Shown one piece after another: positions 57,736 to 64,000 of a stretch of DNA of 64,000 bases. Source of the DNA: Spirochaetia bacterium (GTDB lineage: Bacteria > Spirochaetota > Spirochaetia > UBA9216); contig OZ223264.1 in the NCBI GenBank assembly GCA_965140585.1, positions 882,204 through 946,203 on the forward strand, written 5' to 3'. The first letter of the stretch is position 1; each line of letters starts with the position of its first letter. The notes under the pieces were generated by a model. The model was not told the DNA's origin. It was given only the letters and a program-made list of their open reading frames with translations, and ran no database searches. Made by a program: the position numbers and the translations under genes.

Positions 57736-58749
57736 CTATGCCTTAGCCTTGTATGCTTTAATGAACTGAGGAATTACCTCTTTGAGATCGCCTACAATAC
57801 CGTAATGCGCTATCTGAAGAATCGGTGCGTCAGGATCGGTGTTGATAGCGATAATCTTTGAAGATTCAGCCATACCCGCTCTGTGCTGAATTGAACCTGA
57901 GATTCCACAGGCAATGTAAAGTCTCGGTCTTACAGTTGTTCCTGTTTGACCAACCTGGTGTTCCTTGCTTATCAATCCTGCATCGACAGCTGCTCTGGAA
58001 GCTCCGACCTCACCGCCGAGTACATGAGCGAGCTCTTCAATAAGTTTGAAGTTTTCCTTTGTCTCAACGCCGATTCCGCCGGCAACGATGATCTGTGCGC
58101 CCTTGAGATTAACTCTCTTTTCCTGGATAACACGCTTGACGATTTCGCTCATTATATCGGAATCTTCGAGTTCCACCTTCTCAACGGTAATTTTACCCTT
58201 GTATGAAGGATTGGGTTCGGTCATCTTCATAACACCTTCACGAACGGTTGCCATCTGGGGCATATTCTGGGGTGATACGATAGTAGCGATGATGTTTCCG
58301 CCGAATGCAGGACGAATCTGGTAAAGGATGTTATCGAAATATTCATCCTTGATCTTGTGATCGCCAATCTGAAGATCGGTACAGTCGGCTGTAAGACCTA
58401 CCTTGAGGTTTGATGCAATTCTTGGGCCGAGATCACGTCCGGTGGTGGTTGCTCCGTAAAGAACAATCTGCGGTTCGTATTTCTCGATTACACCCTTGAT
58501 AACCTTGGTGTAGGGGATTGGTGTATAGTTTTTAAGGCGTTCATCATCAAGAAGAAAAAGTTCATCAACGCCGTATGTAATAACTCGTTTGGCCTCTGCT
58601 TCAACATTATGTCCGGCAAGTACGGCTGAAACCTTAGCTCCAAGCTGCTCTGCCAGCTCTTTTGCTTTGCATACCAGCTCGATGCTGACATCGGCAACCT
58701 TGCCGTCATCCTGCTGAATAAAGACCATTACAGTGTTTTTGGTACTCAA
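57736..58749 (-). CDS. etfA: Electron transfer flavoprotein alpha subunit
   Basis: GLTADCT, RPAFGGN, GASRAAVD, QVGQTG and GISGSIQH. Confidence 0.95.
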   Translation of the reverse strand: MSTKNTVMVFIQQDDGKVADVSIELVCKAKELAEQLGAKVSAVLAGHNVEAEAKRVITYGVDELFLLDDERLKNYTPIPYTKVIKGVIEKYEPQIVLYGATTTGRDLGPRIASNLKVGLTADCTDLQIGDHKIKDEYFDNILYQIRPAFGGNIIATIVSPQNMPQMATVREGVMKMTEPNPSYKGKITVEKVELEDSDIMSEIVKRVIQEKRVNLKGAQIIVAGGIGVETKENFKLIEELAHVLGGEVGASRAAVDAGLISKEHQVGQTGTTVRPRLYIACGISGSIQHRAGMAESSKIIAINTDPDAPILQIAHYGIVGDLKEVIPQFIKAYKAKA

Positions 58750-58759
58750 TTGTCTCTCC

Positions 58760-59641
58760 TTATCCTATGGTATGGTCGGCAATAAGTTCATGGACCATTT
58801 CGGCAATACCGCCGGCTGTATTATCAACCATCCTTATCTCACCAGCTGTGAGGATAACGGATTGAATCTTTTTAACCTTTGTCGGTGAACCTGAAAGACC
58901 GCACCAGTCAACATCAGCCTTGATTGATTCAATGTCCCACTGTTCCATTATATTTGCAGCAGAACCGGCTTTTTCACCGTCGAGATAGCTTTCATCAAAG
59001 GCTTCCGCAGATACGTCAACAGATGCATTCTTGTATGCAAGCATTTTGATTGCGGAAGGCGGTCTTGGGACATAACCCTCATCTGTGAAGGTAAGAAGAA
59101 TAGGCAGTTTGGCTTTAACAACCTCATAGCCGCCTTCGATTGATCGGGTAGCTGTAATCTCATTCTTTGAAGAATTAACTTCATCGATCTCTGAAACACA
59201 TGTAATCTGATTGATTCCAAGTTTTTCAGCGGTCTGGGGACCAACCTGAGCTGTGTCTCCGTCAATAGCCTGTCTTCCGCAGAAAACAATGTCATACTTA
59301 CCAAGCTTCTCGATAGCACATTTAAGTGCGTATGAGGTTGCCAGAGTATCTGCTCCCGCGAATTTTCTGTCAGTAATTAATGCTGTAAAATCGGCACCCC
59401 TGAAGAGTGATTCTTTGAGTACCTGCACTGCAGGCGGCGGCCCCATTGTGATTACGTTCACTTTTGCATCCGGATACTGGTCCTTTACGCAAAGGGCAGC
59501 TTCAAGGGCGTGAAGATCTTCGGGGTTGAAAATAGCCGGAAGAGCCTGTCTGTTGACTGTTCCGTCCTCTTTCATCGCATCGCCGGTAATGTTCTGTGTG
59601 TCAGGAACTTGCTTTACAAGAACGACGAGGTTTAAACCCAT
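58760..59641 (-). CDS. etfB: Electron transfer flavoprotein beta subunit
   Basis: KQVPDT, MGPP, GADTLATS, GRQAIDGDTAQVGP and GLSGSPT. Confidence 0.95.
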   Translation of the reverse strand: MGLNLVVLVKQVPDTQNITGDAMKEDGTVNRQALPAIFNPEDLHALEAALCVKDQYPDAKVNVITMGPPPAVQVLKESLFRGADFTALITDRKFAGADTLATSYALKCAIEKLGKYDIVFCGRQAIDGDTAQVGPQTAEKLGINQITCVSEIDEVNSSKNEITATRSIEGGYEVVKAKLPILLTFTDEGYVPRPPSAIKMLAYKNASVDVSAEAFDESYLDGEKAGSAANIMEQWDIESIKADVDWCGLSGSPTKVKKIQSVILTAGEIRMVDNTAGGIAEMVHELIADHTIG

Positions 59642-59777
59642 TTTTACCTCCTGGTATCTACGAAGTTTTTAAACTAAATGTTCAAAATTTATAGCTAACA
59701 TAATACGGGGAAAGAAGCGTATTGGCAAGGGTAAATTCGGCCAACGGCCGATAAAATGGATCTGCTCGAAATTCGGA

Positions 59778-59801
59778 ACTGGTATTGAAATTAATACCAG
59801 T
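59778..59801. promoter_or_regulatory. Inverted repeat in the etfB / 59906 divergent promoter region
   Basis: ACTGGTATT-gaaatt-AATACCAGT. Confidence 0.4.
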
Positions 59802-59905
59802 AATTGAATCTTTTTGTTTATAAACTAGTTAAATTGTAATATATTAATAATGTAAACAGAATGTAAATTATGTAAACGTGGTACAGCTTTATCAGGAGAA
59901 CAGAA

Positions 59906-62005
59906 ATGTTGAAAGGAAAAACCGTTTGCATAATTCCGATTTTTGCAGTGATAGTTCTGGCTGTATCTGCTCAGTCGGTTGAGGACTTTGCTCTGCACAT
60001 CAAACCTTCAGTTGAGATCCCGGTAGGAGAGCGCAGTTCGCTTTTTGTTGATGATGCCGCCTGGCTTATCGGAGGCTCATTAGGCCTCACCGGTCAGTAT
60101 ATCTTTCCGAATGTTTCATTCATGTACCTGGAGGGGAACTCTAGCATTGCGCTGGAACCAAGCCAGGCTCAGATACTGACCCTGGGGTCGGTCGGTACCG
60201 GTATCGGGATGGACCTGAGGATTGCAGATGTCATCAGTCTTCAGGCCGGTCCGGATATTGGCGGCACATATGCTTATTATCAGGACGGAAATTCTGCTTT
60301 CAACCCCTACTTCGGAGGTAAAGCCTCTATAATATGGGATGTTTCTCCTACCTTTGCTGCAACCTTAGGCGGTGTTTACCGCTATCACCTAGGCTGGGAC
60401 TCGGCCGCTAATGAGTTTACTGATCTTTATCAGGGTGTCAGCGCCTGGCTGGGCGGTGTTATAAGGTTTAATCCTGAATCGGGACGCCAGAAGCTTGGTG
60501 TTTCAGAACTTAGAACAGACCCTGTCTTTCCCGTCTTTTACAGCTACTACGAGAACAATTCACTTGGAACCATGGTTCTTCAGAATAATGAAACCAGTTC
60601 CATCACCAATGTTGATGTTTACCTCGATGTAGGCGAGTACATGGAGCAGCCCATGCTCTGCAGAAGTATAGATTCCCTTGCTAGAAATGAGGCTGTTGAA
60701 GTTGATCTTCATGCGCTTTTTACAAACCGTATCCTCAACCTTACTGAAAGCTCAAAGGTTTCTGCTGAAATAAGGGTTGAATACACCTATCTGGGGGAGC
60801 GTTTTACTTATGTGAAGCCTCACACCATAAGAATTCTTGACCGCAACAGTATGACCTGGGATGATGACCGGAAGGCTGCATCCTTTGTTACCCCCAGAGA
60901 TCCTACGGTGCTTATCTTTTCAAAGAATACAGCAGGACTCATTCGTGATCTTGGTGAAAATCCGCTTAACCTTAACTTCCGAATCGCAATCGGTGTTTTT
61001 GAAGCCCTCCGTATCTACGGCATGAACTATGTAATTGATCCCCAGTCTTCGTATATTGAAGCCTCGCAGGATTCCCTGTTTCTGGATTATCTGCAGTTCC
61101 CTTCCCAGTCGCTCACCTACAGGGCCGGTGACTGTGACGACCTGTCCATCCTGATGGCTGCGCTGCTGGAATCGGTTGGAATTGAAACAGCATTTATTAC
61201 GATTCCGGGCCATATCTTCATGGCCTTCTCGCTTGACCTGACCGAGGAGGATGCTCAAAAGGAATTTGTAAATACCGATAACTTCATTTACATGGATGGA
61301 AAAGCCTGGGTTCCTCTTGAAATAACCCTGATACAGCAGGGTTTTCTGAAGGCTTATGATACTGCTGCAAAGCAGTGGCGAGATTCAGTTAAGAAGAATT
61401 CAGCCGGCTTTTTTCCTATTCATTCAGCATGGCAGGAGTTTGAACCTGTCGGATTTACAGGCAGCAGTATCGGCCTTATCTATCCTTCTGCAGAAAATAT
61501 CATTGAAAACTATAACCAGAGTCTGGATGCCTTTGTCTCCCAGGAAATCAGAAGCAAGGTTGAGTATTACAAGGACCGTATAAGCCGCCGTGATTCTGCT
61601 GCTGTTCGCAACAGCCTGGGGGTTCTTTATGGAAAATACGGACTCTTTGATAAGGCGGAAGAGCAGCTTCAGACTGCCATCCGTCTCGATCGGAATGCAT
61701 ACAATCCTCCCTTCAACCTGGGTAATATTTACTTTCTGAAAGGAGACTATGACAAGGCCCTTTCCATGTACGAGCAGGCAAAGAATCTGAAACCGGAAAG
61801 CTCTCTTGTCCTGGCAGGGCTTGCAAGGACCAAGTTTGAACTGGAACAGTTTGATGAGGCCCAGGCGGACTTTGCCGAACTTACCTCGGTTAACGCTGCA
61901 CTTGCAGAGAATTATACCTATATCGGAAATACAAACAGTTCGATAGTCAGGGCTTCGGCTGCCCTGGATAAAGGCAGGACATTCTGGGATGAAGAAGAGG
62001 AGTAG
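59906..62005 (+). CDS. Exported protein: N-terminal small beta-barrel-like region, transglutaminase-like domain, C-terminal TPRs
   Basis: Signal peptide; amphipathic strands in the first ~190 aa; GDCDD..PGHIF..WVPLEIT (Cys/His/Glu); TPRs NSLGVLY..A and FNLGNIY..A. Confidence 0.75.
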   Translation: MLKGKTVCIIPIFAVIVLAVSAQSVEDFALHIKPSVEIPVGERSSLFVDDAAWLIGGSLGLTGQYIFPNVSFMYLEGNSSIALEPSQAQILTLGSVGTGIGMDLRIADVISLQAGPDIGGTYAYYQDGNSAFNPYFGGKASIIWDVSPTFAATLGGVYRYHLGWDSAANEFTDLYQGVSAWLGGVIRFNPESGRQKLGVSELRTDPVFPVFYSYYENNSLGTMVLQNNETSSITNVDVYLDVGEYMEQPMLCRSIDSLARNEAVEVDLHALFTNRILNLTESSKVSAEIRVEYTYLGERFTYVKPHTIRILDRNSMTWDDDRKAASFVTPRDPTVLIFSKNTAGLIRDLGENPLNLNFRIAIGVFEALRIYGMNYVIDPQSSYIEASQDSLFLDYLQFPSQSLTYRAGDCDDLSILMAALLESVGIETAFITIPGHIFMAFSLDLTEEDAQKEFVNTDNFIYMDGKAWVPLEITLIQQGFLKAYDTAAKQWRDSVKKNSAGFFPIHSAWQEFEPVGFTGSSIGLIYPSAENIIENYNQSLDAFVSQEIRSKVEYYKDRISRRDSAAVRNSLGVLYGKYGLFDKAEEQLQTAIRLDRNAYNPPFNLGNIYFLKGDYDKALSMYEQAKNLKPESSLVLAGLARTKFELEQFDEAQADFAELTSVNAALAENYTYIGNTNSSIVRASAALDKGRTFWDEEEE

Positions 62006-62009
62006 GCCG

Positions 62010-64000
62010 TTGAAAAGAATTACAATGATAAAGATAGTTGTTTCTGTACTGCTGCTTTCTGCATCCGCAGTTTTTATAAGCTGTAAAAATCCCCTGCTTG
62101 TCTATATCGAAGAGGATGTTGATAAGGCCATTTCACCTCCGGAGGTTGTTTCAATTTACCCGGAACGAGATACTGAAGATGTTCCCATCAACCTGAGTAC
62201 AATATCAGTTACATTCTCAAAGTATATTGATTCCAGCACAGTAGTCTCGACAAGCTTCTATGTAGCAGATGCCGCAGGCAACTCAATCAGCGGTTCTCGA
62301 AAAGTTGAGAATGATACCATTACATTCATTCCCAATTCAGAATTGGAAGTCGGCACCGAGTACGAAGTCACCATTGACGGAATCAAGGATCTGGACGGTA
62401 ATCTCATATCCGAGGTTTATACCTGGTCTTTTACCACCGGAATAGAGGGCGACACTGTAAGACCTGTTATTTCAGGAGTCACAATAAATGACGGAGCTTC
62501 CTGGACAAACCAGCTTACAGCTACCGTTGAGGTTGATGCTGTTGATAACTTCGGTATCGCCCAGATGAATATTTCAACAAACGGAAATTTCTCAGATTCA
62601 GGATGGATCACATGGAGCTCATCATTTGATATAACCTTTCCTGAAGGCGACGGCCAGAAGACCGTTTATGTGAAATTGAAAGACGGTTCCGGGCTTGAAT
62701 CTTCAGGCTACGGTTCCGATTCAATCGGACTTGATACAACCTTGCCCGAAATTGCACAGTTTTCGCTTGAGGGCGGAAAAGCTGGAACCCGCAACAGTGA
62801 AATATCGATAGATATTCTGGGGGTCGACGAAGAGACGGGAAGCGGAATGGGCGACTACCGGATCAGAACCGAAGGCGGCAGCTGGAGCGACTGGCTGACA
62901 CTTGACGGCGGCAGTACAAGCATCAGTGATTACTCTCTTTCCGTGAATACAAATGAAACTGAAACCCTCTATCTGCAGGTTCGTGACACGGCTCTTAATG
63001 AGTCAGGGGAAACTTCAAGTTCCATTGTTTATGATTTCACTCCACCGCAGGTGGACTTCGATCTTTCAAACCCTGTTCCCGATTCAACCGGTAACAGAAC
63101 AAAGGCTTATGTTAAAGTAGTTTTCTCTGAAGAGATGGATACAACAACTATAGACAGCACTACTGTCTATGTTACGAAGGGTATTCAGAAGATCTCAACA
63201 TCGGTTTATGAATACATTGACGACAAGTCCGGAATTGAGTTTACCGAATTCGAACTGGGCGGTGAATCCTATACTCTGGAGCAAAGCACTGAATACAATG
63301 TCTTCATAAGCGGAACTGTTTCCGATGTGGCCGGAAATGCAATAGGTTCAGATTACACCTACAGCTTTGCAAACGGAGCCTTTGAAGATAATACCGCACC
63401 TGAAGGTGTGATAGTTTTGAATCTTGATTCTCCTTCAGTTAATGCTACAGCATCCGCTACCTTTGATCTCGAGATTAAGGCCGAGGATGATTATAACGGT
63501 GTCCGTGCGGTGAAGATCTGGGGCGATAATATAGGTGCCGGTTTCCCGACTTTTGAAAGCGATGCCGCCTGGAAACTGTACTCCGAGGGCGGAACCACAG
63601 TCGGCGGAATAGACTACATGAGCTACAATTCAGCCTATGCTTCCGCAGGATGGGAACTGCAGGCAAATGACGGCGATCACTACATTTACTACCGCTTTGT
63701 CGATTATGCCAATAACGAGTCGGAAACTCCGGGCAGGCTTAAAGTCAGCCTTGATACAACCGCACCTGTTTTAAACGGCCTGCAGATCGACAATGGTACC
63801 GGTTATTCAAACAACTCCGGCGATACCGTTAATATTGTAATAGATGCCGAGGATTTGCAGTCCGGGCTTCAATATATGTGGCTGTCGGTGGAAGCAGCGA
63901 ATGCGCTTAATATGCCTTCCTCCGGTTCCGGTTCATGGGAGGCCTGGTCATCTCTTAAACCCGAGGTCGCTCTGTCATCAGGTGAAGGGAAGTACTATAT
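62010..64000 (+). CDS. Large surface lipoprotein with Big_5/SbsA Ig-like and other beta-sandwich repeats, 3'-truncated by the window edge
   Basis: Absent from the ORF track because no stop occurs in the window. TTG 62010 gives MKRITMIKIVVSVLLLSASAVFISC (lipobox), then PPEVVSIYP..VTFSK..TEYEVTI..KDLDGN..WSFTT, a second similar repeat and several DTT.P/D.AGN modules. Confidence 0.82.
   Translation, partial: MKRITMIKIVVSVLLLSASAVFISCKNPLLVYIEEDVDKAISPPEVVSIYPERDTEDVPINLSTISVTFSKYIDSSTVVSTSFYVADAAGNSISGSRKVENDTITFIPNSELEVGTEYEVTIDGIKDLDGNLISEVYTWSFTTGIEGDTVRPVISGVTINDGASWTNQLTATVEVDAVDNFGIAQMNISTNGNFSDSGWITWSSSFDITFPEGDGQKTVYVKLKDGSGLESSGYGSDSIGLDTTLPEIAQFSLEGGKAGTRNSEISIDILGVDEETGSGMGDYRIRTEGGSWSDWLTLDGGSTSISDYSLSVNTNETETLYLQVRDTALNESGETSSSIVYDFTPPQVDFDLSNPVPDSTGNRTKAYVKVVFSEEMDTTTIDSTTVYVTKGIQKISTSVYEYIDDKSGIEFTEFELGGESYTLEQSTEYNVFISGTVSDVAGNAIGSDYTYSFANGAFEDNTAPEGVIVLNLDSPSVNATASATFDLEIKAEDDYNGVRAVKIWGDNIGAGFPTFESDAAWKLYSEGGTTVGGIDYMSYNSAYASAGWELQANDGDHYIYYRFVDYANNESETPGRLKVSLDTTAPVLNGLQIDNGTGYSNNSGDTVNIVIDAEDLQSGLQYMWLSVEAANALNMPSSGSGSWEAWSSLKPEVALSSGEGKYY

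Noticed and set aside
59850-59877. ATGTAAA repeated three times upstream of 59906
   Set aside because: Short, AT-rich and irregularly spaced (11 and 9 bp); could be chance.
1-64000. CRISPR array, rRNA, tRNA, transposase or integrase
   Set aside because: No regularly spaced direct repeats, RNA-gene signatures or DDE/tyrosine-recombinase motifs were seen by eye.

Overview
64 kb of a bacterial chromosome, probably a free-living anaerobic spirochaete. That assignment is an inference from the spirochaete-style lipoproteins and the beta-barrel/transglutaminase/TPR protein. No rRNA, tRNA, CRISPR array or transposase was seen. Contents from left to right: (1) an Opp/Dpp-type ABC importer with two esterases, a broken PrpD and an MFS transporter; (2) a decaying aldo-keto reductase/CMD/cupin operon with an AraC regulator; (3) an MFS-AraC-atypical ROK kinase-PflD-like glycyl radical enzyme cluster with no activating enzyme, flanked by a nucleoside phosphorylase, an orphan MoaD/ThiS-like protein and deoC; (4) a SorC-regulated operon of APH-like kinase, tandem class II aldolase and BON-GlpA-like oxidoreductase; (5) HisKA_2 kinases, LysR, an AbfD-like dehydratase and a nitroreductase; (6) a six-gene envelope cluster with a beta-barrel, a FecR lipoprotein, a CHASE2 adenylate cyclase and two related lipoproteins; (7) an acetoin/pyruvate dehydrogenase complex with a SorC regulator; (8) Crp, acyltransferase, MATE and PAP2 genes; (9) remnants of a VTC operon; (10) etfBA with an acyl-CoA dehydrogenase; (11) a transglutaminase-like/TPR protein followed by a large Ig-repeat lipoprotein that runs off the window. 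The best candidates for undescribed systems are the ROK-GRE sugar pathway and the FecR-CHASE2 cyclase trans-envelope module. Family assignments come from motif recognition by eye, not database searches.
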